64,000 bases of DNA from an uncultured virus (IMG/VR IMGVR_UViG_3300020036_003824). Its lineage: Duplodnaviria; Heunggongvirae; Uroviricota; Caudoviricetes. Positions within the stretch are counted from its first letter, which is position 1. Every line of letters starts with the position of its first letter. The notes beneath the pieces are model-generated. The model did not search any database and was not told the origin of the DNA. It worked only from the letters and a program-made list of their open reading frames with translations. Shown here in pieces: positions 9,330 to 17,995 of this stretch. The position numbers and the translations under genes are program-made. The stretch is from IMG/VR virus record IMGVR_UViG_3300020036_003824; one strand, given 5' to 3'.

Positions 9330-9572
9330 TCAATTTTGCACTGTGAATCTGAAAATTAAATACGCTACACCGGCGCTCACAAGTGCGGCCAGATAGACCT
9401 GAACGGCTACTTGCATGATGCGGACAAGCAAGACGGTCATGTGCGTCGCGTATGGTTGGTATGGCCGGCCTCTCAATTTGTTGAGCAGAATTGCGAGGTA
9501 GTAGGTCAGTATGATAACCGCCAAAACGGGCGTACTAATCAGTTTTAGGAGGAAAGTAAAGATTCGTTTCAT
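9330..9572 (-). CDS. Small membrane protein
   Basis: Two hydrophobic helices. Confidence 0.6.
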   Translation of the reverse strand: MKRIFTFLLKLISTPVLAVIILTYYLAILLNKLRGRPYQPYATHMTVLLVRIMQVAVQVYLAALVSAGVAYLIFRFTVQN

Positions 9573-10384
9573 GCTGTTTTTCGACTTACAAATGGAGGGA
9601 ATTGGCGGATCATCATGTCCGGCGGAATTGGGCGCACCTTGTCGATCTGCTTGAAAAAGTACGGTACGCCAGCATCGGCGCAGGATTTAGCCATTGAGGC
9701 CGCCCATGCCAGTTGGAAGGGGCGTTTACCGTGGCCGCTTTCGCCGCCCTGTATGATCCATGCAAAGCCATCCAGGTCTTCCGGCGTGGCCTGTATCGGG
9801 CCGATCTGCGGTTCGATGGATAAAAACAGGCGACCTTTTACTTTTTTCAAGTGAGGGACAAGCGTATCGAATGTGCTTTGATTGGAAACGGATGTTCCGA
9901 ACATCACATTCGGCGGCGGGTTTTCAAGCCAACTGTCCGGGATAAATTTATTTATGTTGCTGGGCCGCTTTGTCAAAAGCAGGAAATCCAGATCAGGGCA
10001 GGCCGGGATTATTTCGTTGAAAAAGCGGTCACGCAGCGCGCCTGTCCAAATGCTCATTTCATTTCCCTTGTGATCGATCATCGGCATGGACTTTTCAAAT
10101 ATATCCATCATACTGCCGACAAAAACGCGGTGCTTTTCACCGGCTGCCGCTGCATGTGCCTGCCAGGTGAGGAAGTTTGACCAAACAGATTTAACGGCCT
10201 TTCTGGATTTATCTATACCCCATACGTCATTTCCCCAGCGATGCGACAATGATTCCGCATAGCAGTTGTCGCATCCTTCATGGACTTTCGTACAGCCGAT
10301 CCACAGGTTGCCCGTGTGGCCGCTTGCCAGTGTTCCGTCGGCACGGACGGATCCTGTCCATTCAATTTTTGTGTCTTGTCCCAT
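9569..10384 (-). CDS. DUF5131 / phage Gp37Gp68 family protein
   Basis: TKIEWT, GCTKVHEGCDNCYAE, LLLTKRP, FLSIEP, WIIQGGESG, PYFFKQ. Confidence 0.92.
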   Translation of the reverse strand: MGQDTKIEWTGSVRADGTLASGHTGNLWIGCTKVHEGCDNCYAESLSHRWGNDVWGIDKSRKAVKSVWSNFLTWQAHAAAAGEKHRVFVGSMMDIFEKSMPMIDHKGNEMSIWTGALRDRFFNEIIPACPDLDFLLLTKRPSNINKFIPDSWLENPPPNVMFGTSVSNQSTFDTLVPHLKKVKGRLFLSIEPQIGPIQATPEDLDGFAWIIQGGESGHGKRPFQLAWAASMAKSCADAGVPYFFKQIDKVRPIPPDMMIRQFPPFVSRKTA

Positions 10385-10459
10385 TTTTAGGATATTTTAC
10401 AGAAAACGGCCTGAACCATAAAAGCGCAGGCCGTTTTTTAATTTTCAGGATTTTACTGT

Positions 10460-10785
10460 TTAGTCTTTCTTTTCTTCATCGGAAAAGATATGATCCATAA
10501 ACTGACGCACGTTGTACCGCTTCAATGCTTCGATCATCACGTCTTCGATGGATGGTGTATCTCGCATCCATCCTTCAAATACTTTTGCCAGGTCTTGCCC
10601 CGACATTTTGATCTCTATGCAGGCGCCTTCGCCGCGAACAACCGCACGCATCCATCCTTTCGGTTGTCCGTACTCTTCAATCTCTTCAGGTGAAAAAATA
10701 GGCTTTTCAAAGCCCGACACGTCTTTCAGTTCTTCATACTGACTGTTTTCGGTTTCAGGGGGGGGCTTACTTTCTTGGTAGGCAT
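10460..10785 (-). CDS. Hypothetical protein interrupted by a C8 homopolymer frameshift
   Basis: ATG at 10785 is out of frame with 10460-10720 by one base at the G8 run 10758-10765. Confidence 0.55.
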
Positions 10786-10812
10786 AAGTTTTAGTTTAAA
10801 AATGTGAATTAA

Positions 10813-10849
10813 GAGTTACAAATTTAACGGCTATCAGATCAAAGGCAAA
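10813..10849 (-). promoter_or_regulatory. Promoter with overlapping operator (degenerate)
   Basis: GAGTTACAAATTTAACGG; TAAATTTG -7 box and TTTG -33 box at 19-nt spacing. Confidence 0.65.
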
Positions 10850-10855
10850 ATAATT

Positions 10856-11176
10856 TCATACTTTTTTTCTGGCCGTATCCGTTTGTGCTATGCTGACTGA
10901 TCCGCTATTCGGCCCTGTCGTGTAAGACTGGATGCCGGGGTAAACAATCCTGTCCGCTTTGATTAGTCCCGCTTGCAGGCATTGATTGAAAACGCCGTCT
11001 GATAAATCGGGCGTCAATCCGTAGTGTTCACGCGCCTTTCGCTTGAAAGTGTATTCGATGAACAGTTCGCCCTCGTGAAGCATAAGGCTTGGTCTGACCT
11101 GCGGCCCTTCTTTTTTCACCGGAGCCTTTTTCGCTTTTGCCATTGTATCACAGTTTGTAGACAAGCATGGAAGCAT
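10856..11176 (-). CDS. Hypothetical protein
   Basis: ORF, likely start MAKAKK. Confidence 0.6.
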   Translation of the reverse strand: MLPCLSTNCDTMAKAKKAPVKKEGPQVRPSLMLHEGELFIEYTFKRKAREHYGLTPDLSDGVFNQCLQAGLIKADRIVYPGIQSYTTGPNSGSVSIAQTDTARKKV

Positions 11177-11606
11177 CCCGCTTTTCAGGGTTTGTGCGGC
11201 CTTTCCATCCTGTCATTTTTTTGAATCTGTCGGCATCCTTTTTCCAGTTGTTCGGAGACATCGGCTTTGTTACCCGGTAGGGTATTTCCATGTATTCCAG
11301 AACCTCGATTATATCCATGCCGCGTTGATGGCTGCGGCCTGTGTTTTCGCCAGCCTCTGCTGCGTATGCCAGCGGGTTACGGACTTTTACACTTTTGGGC
11401 ACATAGTTCAGGTGCCGGTTTCCTTTATTCAGCCAACCAGCCTCTACTACCACAAGCGCGATCTGATCCCGCAGTTCGTGCAGCCGGCGCATCATATCTA
11501 CCAGGTTGAGCGCTTCGATAGATTCAAATTTCTGCTGCGGTTTATTCCAGACAGAAAATCCGTTTTCGTCAACGTCGGGGTCGATGCCTATGTATAAATG
11601 TTTCAT
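11148..11606 (-). CDS. RuvC-like Holliday junction resolvase
   Basis: YIGIDPD, VVVE and C-terminal RDA acidic catalytic pattern; adjacent to helicase. Confidence 0.75.
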   Translation of the reverse strand: MKHLYIGIDPDVDENGFSVWNKPQQKFESIEALNLVDMMRRLHELRDQIALVVVEAGWLNKGNRHLNYVPKSVKVRNPLAYAAEAGENTGRSHQRGMDIIEVLEYMEIPYRVTKPMSPNNWKKDADRFKKMTGWKGRTNPEKRDASMLVYKL

Positions 11607-11622
11607 CACTTTGTTTTTACGG

Positions 11623-12981
11623 TTAAAATTCAGGTTCACTCCTATTTCCCTGGTTCACAAAATCAGGAAAGTCGTTTGGAAGTTCCGGCACATCGTAAAA
11701 ACCTAAAATGTGGTTAAATCTGCACTCCGAAGCATCCCGGCCCGTTTCCCGGCCTTTGGCAATGAAATTATCCGCATAGCCTTTTTCGTATGGCGTACCG
11801 TCTTCGCGGCTCATTACCTGCACATATTCGGGCCGGTATGGCAGGATGATTGTCGTCGCGTCCTGCGTAAAGTTTTTCGCGTCGGCTATGTCGTACATCC
11901 CGGCGCGTTTATCAGGCCTGTTCATTACTTCCTGCTTTACCTGTGCAAGTACCATGATCGGAATATTCAGTTCCAGTGAAAGCGCCCGAAAACCTGCGGA
12001 TATGCGGGCAAGTATTTCATGTCGAGCACCACGTATAGATGGAATGTCCATCAATTGCGCATAATCCACTACTGCCAGTTGTATGCCCCGTTCATACCTT
12101 TCTTCCCGAATACACCCGGCAACATCCGAAAAAGAGTTTCCGGGGTTTATCGACCTGATTGGCAGTGATTTAATCATCTCCCAATCGGCCCGTATTTTTT
12201 CCAGTTCATCGGGCCTGTAATGCGAAAAGTCGCGTCTGAAAGCCTGCCCCGAATACATTTGCCATAGGCGCTTTTGAACGTTCTTTGGCGAATTTTCAAG
12301 GTTGATGTACGTCGATGGTATTCCACTGAGTGCGCAATAAAGGATCTGGTTCAGCGCGTGGTACGACTTTCCGCCGCCGGAAAGCATCGCAAGTATGATG
12401 TAGTCGGACGGCTCGTAATACGGAATTTTGTTGCGCATCGACTTTAAAAACGGCTTCACCGGATAGTCGAAGGAAAGACCTTCGATAGCCGCAAAAAGTT
12501 CAGATTCAAATTCAGGCTTTCCATCCGACGCTTTTACAAAAGCGCTTATACCCCTTTCACGCCGCATTGATTCTGCCCGGTTCAGCATTTCCATGGCAGA
12601 ATGCCCATCCAAAAGCCAGTTGACCTGGTGCAGCATGATCTGCGTTTCAGAATAGCGACCGTACGCATCGTAAAAGTACGTGTATGCGGTAACTACATCC
12701 ATTTCGGCGTGCTCCATGGCGTAGCCGTGAAAAACACCGATCTCACCGGGGCTTAGACTTGTGGCGATGGTAGCCGCGCTGTATGCCCCGTTCCGTTCAA
12801 ACTGCGATGCGCATTCCAGGATGATGTCATGCCACTGCTTATTTGCCGGGTCGAGCATTTCGGGCCGAATCCTATCCTGAATACGGTGGAAGTTGAACGG
12901 TTCGCCAAGCATTCGTTTGGCAAGTAATTCGACCGCCGTTGTGTACTGCTGAAAAAGCGTTTGCGTTGCGTCTGGATTCAT
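11623..12981 (-). CDS. DnaB-like replicative helicase
   Basis: Walker A SGGGKS, INLEN, VVDYAQL, LAQV, QDAT, IAKGRETG motifs. Confidence 0.9.
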   Translation of the reverse strand: MNPDATQTLFQQYTTAVELLAKRMLGEPFNFHRIQDRIRPEMLDPANKQWHDIILECASQFERNGAYSAATIATSLSPGEIGVFHGYAMEHAEMDVVTAYTYFYDAYGRYSETQIMLHQVNWLLDGHSAMEMLNRAESMRRERGISAFVKASDGKPEFESELFAAIEGLSFDYPVKPFLKSMRNKIPYYEPSDYIILAMLSGGGKSYHALNQILYCALSGIPSTYINLENSPKNVQKRLWQMYSGQAFRRDFSHYRPDELEKIRADWEMIKSLPIRSINPGNSFSDVAGCIREERYERGIQLAVVDYAQLMDIPSIRGARHEILARISAGFRALSLELNIPIMVLAQVKQEVMNRPDKRAGMYDIADAKNFTQDATTIILPYRPEYVQVMSREDGTPYEKGYADNFIAKGRETGRDASECRFNHILGFYDVPELPNDFPDFVNQGNRSEPEF

Positions 12982-13286
12982 ACCGTCATTTCTTCGAGGT
13001 GCTCAACTGCTGCTGCGTTCGTTGTTTCGGTGTCGGTATCTTCAAATTCCATGTCGGTCGCGTCTTGGACGGGGGCGAATCCGCTATGGTGAAAGTAGTT
13101 TATGTAAATTCCAGCGTTGTGCTTTTCAAAGCATACGTCTTCATCCTGAACATCATCAACTGTCAAAACATCGCCTTTTTTGGGGGCGGAATATTTGTCA
13201 GGATGTTTGCAGAATGACCTTTTCCATGAATCTGCAATACAAACCACGCGGTCACCGGGTTTAAACGGATTTAAAGTGCTGCTCAT
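12978..13286 (-). CDS. Hypothetical protein
   Basis: FKPGDRVVCI N-terminus; coupled in the operon. Confidence 0.65.
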   Translation of the reverse strand: MSSTLNPFKPGDRVVCIADSWKRSFCKHPDKYSAPKKGDVLTVDDVQDEDVCFEKHNAGIYINYFHHSGFAPVQDATDMEFEDTDTETTNAAAVEHLEEMTV

Positions 13287-13660
13287 AAACCTTTATTTTT
13301 TAGATATTTTAAGACTTTGTTTTTTGCTTGGTCAGTCAGGCCGGTGCGGAAGTCGCCAATGATACTGGCGATGTATTCCAGTTCGGCCTGCGATCTTTCC
13401 AGTTCTATTTTCCAGGCTCTTTGCTGCTGATACCTGACTGTTGTCAAATATGCCATTGCCTTTCGGAACTGCGCATGGAATTTCGGGTCGTACATCTGCA
13501 TCATTTTTGGCGAAGCATCCAAAAAGGCTTGCGATACTTCCGGCATCATGGTCAGGCGTTCGATGTCCTGCTTTGAAAGTTCGGAGCCTGACACGTCATA
13601 CTGAAAGTTGTCGGTATGATCTCGCAGGGCTTCGAGTTTGAAAACCCATACGGCGCTCAT
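13283..13660 (-). CDS. Hypothetical protein
   Basis: 125-aa ORF coupled between replication gene and helicase. Confidence 0.7.
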   Translation of the reverse strand: MSAVWVFKLEALRDHTDNFQYDVSGSELSKQDIERLTMMPEVSQAFLDASPKMMQMYDPKFHAQFRKAMAYLTTVRYQQQRAWKIELERSQAELEYIASIIGDFRTGLTDQAKNKVLKYLKNKGL

Positions 13661-14601
13661 TTTCGGATTACAAGCCCGGCCATTTCAGACATAGGTTGCG
13701 CATAGGGTTTTGGGAATGGAGCCGGGGCATTTGGTTTTTCCAGCGGGAAAAATCCCTTCCATCCGTTCGCCCGGCTTTCAGCGGCTATTTCTGCTGCTAT
13801 TTCAGCATTACCGCCCGAAAAGGTGTATAATTTTCGGATGATACGCGCCGCGCTGTCGGCAGCATCGTATTCAAACTTGAATTTCTTCTTTTTGTATTCC
13901 AGCCACTTCGGCCAGGTTTCGTTTTTCAGTATTTCGGCAAAGAACACCTGCTCTTTGCCGGAAAGCAGCCGCGCAACGTCCTTATCATCGAAAGCCTTTT
14001 CTTTTTTAGGGGAGCGGGGGGCGGCGGAACTGGGGGTGAGGGGTGTTTTTTCTTTTTCTTCTACGGTGCTGTTTCCACTTTGGGCGGAAGCGGGCGCAAA
14101 ATCCGAAAACTCGTTTTCGTTTTCTTTTTTTATAGAATTGGTTATATGATTATTGGTATTATAGTGCCTCGGATTTCCATCCGGTCTTTGTTCGGATTTA
14201 AATCCGGTCATATCCGGATGGAAATCCGGTCTTACGTCGGTTTGTTCGGATTGAAATCCGGTCTTGCGCTTGAATTTCAGCAGGTCGTAATTCCTTCCCC
14301 ATGAAAACCACACCTCCCGGATTCTCTTATTTTCCTCATAAAGGTTTATCAATCCTACCTGGTTGAGTTTTTTAAACCGTCTGTAAACCGAATCCTTGTT
14401 CTTAAGGCCGCAAAGCGGCATTTCGTCAATTACTTTTTCGTACGGAACATTGAAGAATATGCTTCCATCCACTACCCTTTTTTTACAGGCCGGTGAATTG
14501 GTGTAATCCGAAAGCATGTCAAAGATGGCGGCATCCACCAAATCCATATCAAGACCGGATTCGATGATGGCGACCTGGTTGATAGTTACAGTAAATTTCA
14601 T
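13657..14601 (-). CDS. Replication initiator (lambda O-like organisation)
   Basis: N-terminal wHTH-like region, central iterons, C-terminal SRANGWKGFF; upstream of DnaB. Confidence 0.8.
   Translation of the reverse strand: MKFTVTINQVAIIESGLDMDLVDAAIFDMLSDYTNSPACKKRVVDGSIFFNVPYEKVIDEMPLCGLKNKDSVYRRFKKLNQVGLINLYEENKRIREVWFSWGRNYDLLKFKRKTGFQSEQTDVRPDFHPDMTGFKSEQRPDGNPRHYNTNNHITNSIKKENENEFSDFAPASAQSGNSTVEEKEKTPLTPSSAAPRSPKKEKAFDDKDVARLLSGKEQVFFAEILKNETWPKWLEYKKKKFKFEYDAADSAARIIRKLYTFSGGNAEIAAEIAAESRANGWKGFFPLEKPNAPAPFPKPYAQPMSEMAGLVIRK
14121..14263. promoter_or_regulatory. Putative replication origin: four CGGAT-N4-ATCCGGTC iterons plus AT-rich tract
   Basis: Iterons at 14170, 14193, 14215 and 14247 inside the initiator gene, next to AT-rich 14121-14165. 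Confidence 0.8.
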
Positions 14602-14619
14602 GTGCTGAACCAAATAAAA

Positions 14620-14755
14620 ATGCCCTAACATTTGGTCGGGCGGCAGAGGGTAGTTTGCCTACAAGCGAGGACAATAAACTCGCTTACCCGCCCAAATGAA
14701 GGGCATCTTCTTAAAAATTTCTTTATTGTCCTTACGTCGGCTACCACCCCGACGG
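14620..14755 (-). ncRNA. c4/CI-like antisense RNA with upstream complementary target sites
   Basis: Multi-stem junction; loop GGACAATAAA (14669-14678) complementary to TTTATTGTCC (14722-14731); second loop GGTAG complementary to CTACC (14741-14745). Confidence 0.65.
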
Positions 14756-14821
14756 CCCCTTAAGGCAAGGCAAAGATAAAGCCTGTTTACATAAAATGCA
14801 AGCAGGCTCTATCCTGTATTT

Positions 14822-15586
14822 TTACTCTCCTTCATTTTGATCCGGAGCCGGAACAATTTCATCGTCAATCAAACGGTATTTTACGCCGGGCATGTAGTTC
14901 ACCCCGTCTACGAGCGCCATTTTTCGCTTCCACTCATACCCTTTTTCGCTGGACCATTCTTGCCAGCGGAACATGAGCAGCGCGCCGTAGCCGCCCGTGA
15001 CGGTCGCGCGGTAGCCGCCCGTGACGGTCGCGCGGTCGCCGCCCGTGACGGTCGCGCCGTCGCCGCCCGTGACGGTCGCGCGGTCGCCGCCCGTGACGGT
15101 CGCGCCGTCGCCGCCCGTGACGGTCGCGCGGTCGCCGCCCGTGACGGTCGCGCCGTCGCCGCCCGTGACGGTCGCGCGGTTGCCGCCGCTAACAGTTGAG
15201 AACATGATAGGAGTTCCACCCGGCGCAAAATTTTGCAAAATTTTAACGGAAGTTTCGCGGTCGCCCAGATACAGAATTTCACAGGTCGGGAATTTTACCT
15301 TGTCTTCCAGGTCGATGATTGTTGACTCTTCAACCGAAAGAATAAGCCATTTTGCATCATCGTCTTTTACGCGAAGATTGCTGTCGCCCACACCCCATTT
15401 CCAGCCGTGCAGACCATTTCCGCATTCGCGGACCGCTCTCCAGTCTGGAGCCGACACGGTGCCGGATTCAGGCCACTTAAATCCGCCGCTTACATGATTC
15501 CTCGCAGCAACCATGTCGGCTGGAAGAGATTTGAGTACAAGTACGTGACCGTCTTCCGGTTTGTAGAGATCGAAATTGATGTCCAT
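14822..15586 (-). CDS. Phage protein with CGNGLH N-terminal domain and GGDRATVT/GGDGATVT octapeptide repeats
   Basis: RECGNGLHGW motif; about eight 8-aa repeats. Confidence 0.8.
   Translation of the reverse strand: MDINFDLYKPEDGHVLVLKSLPADMVAARNHVSGGFKWPESGTVSAPDWRAVRECGNGLHGWKWGVGDSNLRVKDDDAKWLILSVEESTIIDLEDKVKFPTCEILYLGDRETSVKILQNFAPGGTPIMFSTVSGGNRATVTGGDGATVTGGDRATVTGGDGATVTGGDRATVTGGDGATVTGGDRATVTGGYRATVTGGYGALLMFRWQEWSSEKGYEWKRKMALVDGVNYMPGVKYRLIDDEIVPAPDQNEGE
14990..15181. repeat. 24-bp tandem repeat, about 8 copies, in-frame coding
   Basis: gccgcccgtgacggtcgcgc(g/c)gt(c/a) units. Confidence 0.95.
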
Positions 15587-15633
15587 GTTGAAATATAAAT
15601 TTTTGAGTTTAAAAATGCGTTTTTCAGTAGTGC

Positions 15634-16431
15634 TCAGTGCATGTTTGCGTTAATCCACTTTTTTACGTCTGGTAGTACGCGCATAAAATTGGCGCGCCAA
15701 AAAATGTTCTTTTCAAATTGAGCATCAGCGCTAACTTCCGCCCATTTAATGCGCTGTTCATCGCTGAAAATAGCCGCTTGCAAGCGTTGGTCGATCAGCG
15801 CAACGGTGTTTTCCCAGCGCTCTTTTGTGGGTGTTTCCTGCGCCAAGTCCCATGCTTCTTTCCAGCCTGTTTCCATTTGCCGGGTCGTTACTATTTCGCG
15901 GATGAAGGTCAGGAAGTCGCTTTTATATTTCAGCAGTTGACCGACAAATTCCCGGCGTACTTTGGTCTGATACGCTTCCGTATTTCCGGTGTACTGCGAT
16001 TTTCCGAAGTCTTCAAAGTCGCTTATAAGATCAGGCAGGCCGATGTGTTTATCGAAAGTTTTTACGGCAACCTGTATTTCGTCAAGCGGCCAATTCTGAT
16101 CCTCGTTCATTTGTTCGAGTGACTTGAAAATCTTGTTGAATAGTGCCAGTTCATTGCCGGGCGTGTCCTGCTGAATTATGAAGTTCATGTAGACATAATT
16201 CACATTGTTCACCACAACTACCGGCAACTTTCCGGCAATTTCGAGTGCGGCGTAGTTGATCTGCGCCTGTATACGAATCCATTCGCGATTCTCGATAAGC
16301 CCCATGTTGTACTGCTTTCTTCCCTGGTTCCATCGGGCTTGAAGCAGGATCGTATCCGGGTAAAACTTTGCGAGATGGGATAAAGCCTCTTCCGTTTGGC
16401 CGGTCGCAATTAGATGCTTAATGTTAGTCAT
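15634..16431 (-). CDS. Protein with N-terminal effector-associated domain (EAD11-like) and helical C-terminus
   Basis: IKHLIATGQTEEAL...ILLQARWNQGRKQYNMGLI...WIRIQAQINYAALEI pattern. Confidence 0.7.
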   Translation of the reverse strand: MTNIKHLIATGQTEEALSHLAKFYPDTILLQARWNQGRKQYNMGLIENREWIRIQAQINYAALEIAGKLPVVVVNNVNYVYMNFIIQQDTPGNELALFNKIFKSLEQMNEDQNWPLDEIQVAVKTFDKHIGLPDLISDFEDFGKSQYTGNTEAYQTKVRREFVGQLLKYKSDFLTFIREIVTTRQMETGWKEAWDLAQETPTKERWENTVALIDQRLQAAIFSDEQRIKWAEVSADAQFEKNIFWRANFMRVLPDVKKWINANMH

Positions 16432-16476
16432 AATGATAAGGAGATGTTGGTGATAAGTTGTTGTTTGCTCTGTTTG

Positions 16477-16513
16477 GCGTTACAAAATTAACGCTTGTTT
16501 TTGATACCGCAAC
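16477..16513 (-). promoter_or_regulatory. Promoter with overlapping palindromic operator
   Basis: GCGTTACAAAATTAACGC containing the TAATTTTG -7 box. Confidence 0.8.
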
Positions 16514-16594
16514 TATTTTTCAATATTTTTTTCAAAAAAAAGGAGCGAGCCAAAAAGCCCGCCCCGGTGTCAAACCAAAAAAACAACAATTTCG

Positions 16595-16819
16595 TCACTC
16601 ATTCAGGTGGTAAAACACCTCCCGTCGATAGCGGCCAGGCGCAAACTTTTCAAACATCCTGTCAAGCCTCAGCGCCCCGGCCTTCCCGTTTTTTGCAGCA
16701 TTGCGCGCCTTATATATACACTGCTTTTCGTATCGGCTTACCGACTTCCATTCCGGCTGTGTTTTCATCCAAGATAAGAAGTCTTCGAGTGCTTCCGCCT
16801 GTGTTAGTTTTTTATTCAT
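16595..16819 (-). CDS. Small basic protein, divergently transcribed from the + strand island
   Basis: MNKKLTQAEALEDF start; TACATTTG -7 box just upstream. Confidence 0.6.
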   Translation of the reverse strand: MNKKLTQAEALEDFLSWMKTQPEWKSVSRYEKQCIYKARNAAKNGKAGALRLDRMFEKFAPGRYRREVFYHLNE

Positions 16820-16823
16820 GCGG

Positions 16824-16892
16824 CAAATGTATATTGTATGAAAAATATTTGCAAACTTTTTTTGTATGTCAAATTTTTGTATCATACATTTG
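16824..16892. promoter_or_regulatory. Back-to-back divergent promoters
   Basis: CAAATGTA (- strand TACATTTG) at 16824-16831 and TACATTTG on + at 16885-16892. Confidence 0.65.
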
Positions 16893-16914
16893 CCGGACAA
16901 AAGGACAAAGGACA

Positions 16915-17580
16915 ATGCAATACTTAGGACAAACAATCGCTGAAATATGCGAAGCGACCGGACAGAAAACGGATACCGTGCAAAAGCGCTTCCGGCGAAA
17001 AATGCCCGGAAGGACATTCAGTCAGGACATGCGACCGGATGCGGTGGAGTTGGAAATCCTGTTTCCTACGGACAGAAAAAGACGCAGCGCGCCTATGCTT
17101 CCCGTCTATTCGCCTTCGCCCGTGGTGAAAAGAAGGCAGCCCGTTTCTACGCCGAATCCCTCTGAAAAGGGCGCGGATAGCAAATCGAAAGAGCAGGTGA
17201 GCCTCAGCGATGATTTTGCATTTTGGCTTAAGTGCATCATTTACGGGCATAGCGCACTTGTTGCATGGGATTTGTGGGCGCTGTACAAAGAGCCTGGAAT
17301 CATTGCGGCGCTCATTGCGGTTATGTTCAAACATGCTGCCGTAAAACTCGCACAAAGCGGTTTGAATAGAAGCAGCCTGAATGCCCTTATCGCCTGCTTT
17401 GTGATCGACGCACTGTGCGGATGGATTCACTACCTGGCCTTCCGCTTGAGCATCGACCGGCTGGAAAGCCTTTCAGAAAACGTGGCACTCTGGACTTCCG
17501 CCGTATTGGCAGGTTTTGTAGTGTCTGCCTCTTTTTATTCACTTTTCCTCATAAGGGATGCAAAACCGGATCCGGCATAA
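16915..17580 (+). CDS. N-terminal HTH-like domain fused to about four transmembrane helices
   Basis: TIAEICEATGQKTDTVQKRFRR, Pro/Ser linker, hydrophobic C-terminal half; start moved to ATG 16915. Confidence 0.7.
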   Translation: MQYLGQTIAEICEATGQKTDTVQKRFRRKMPGRTFSQDMRPDAVELEILFPTDRKRRSAPMLPVYSPSPVVKRRQPVSTPNPSEKGADSKSKEQVSLSDDFAFWLKCIIYGHSALVAWDLWALYKEPGIIAALIAVMFKHAAVKLAQSGLNRSSLNALIACFVIDALCGWIHYLAFRLSIDRLESLSENVALWTSAVLAGFVVSASFYSLFLIRDAKPDPA

Positions 17581-17930
17581 TGGAAAGAATCACAATCAGA
17601 CGGAAGGGTAGTGGTAGTGCAGCAGTTTTAGGCAGCACTGCACCGGCTTTGATGGGCGTAAAGGGGCGCGCTTCTGATAGTGGTATGCAGTGGGGCGATT
17701 GGAGCGTTAAGCCGCCGCCGGACGGCCTGACAAAGGAAGAGATGGAAGCGCTGCGCGCAAAGCACAACACGCCAACTCCGAACACCATACGCGCCCTTGA
17801 CGTGAAAGCGCTGATACTGGAGGGTATGAAATGCGGGCAAATATCCCGCACCCTTCGGGCCAAATACGGGGAAAGAATGATACGTGCAGACCACGCTGCC
17901 CTCTCCCCTATCGTGCGCGGCAAAAAATAG
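17580..17930 (+). CDS. Small protein with C-terminal HTH-like region
   Basis: TAATG coupling; VKALILEGMKCGQISRTL...GERMIRAD. Confidence 0.6.
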   Translation: MERITIRRKGSGSAAVLGSTAPALMGVKGRASDSGMQWGDWSVKPPPDGLTKEEMEALRAKHNTPTPNTIRALDVKALILEGMKCGQISRTLRAKYGERMIRADHAALSPIVRGKK

Positions 17931-17995
17931 AGTGAAAAGCGGTGCAATTTTTCTTTTGCACCGATAAACGATTAAAAATCAATAATCTATACAAT

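Noticed and set aside
14990..15181. Possible CRISPR array
   Set aside because: Repeats are contiguous without unique spacers and are in-frame coding; no cas genes are present.
16495..16914. 5' extension of the 361-aa + strand ORF
   Set aside because: It overlaps a - strand gene, a terminator and divergent promoters; the real start is more plausibly ATG 16915.
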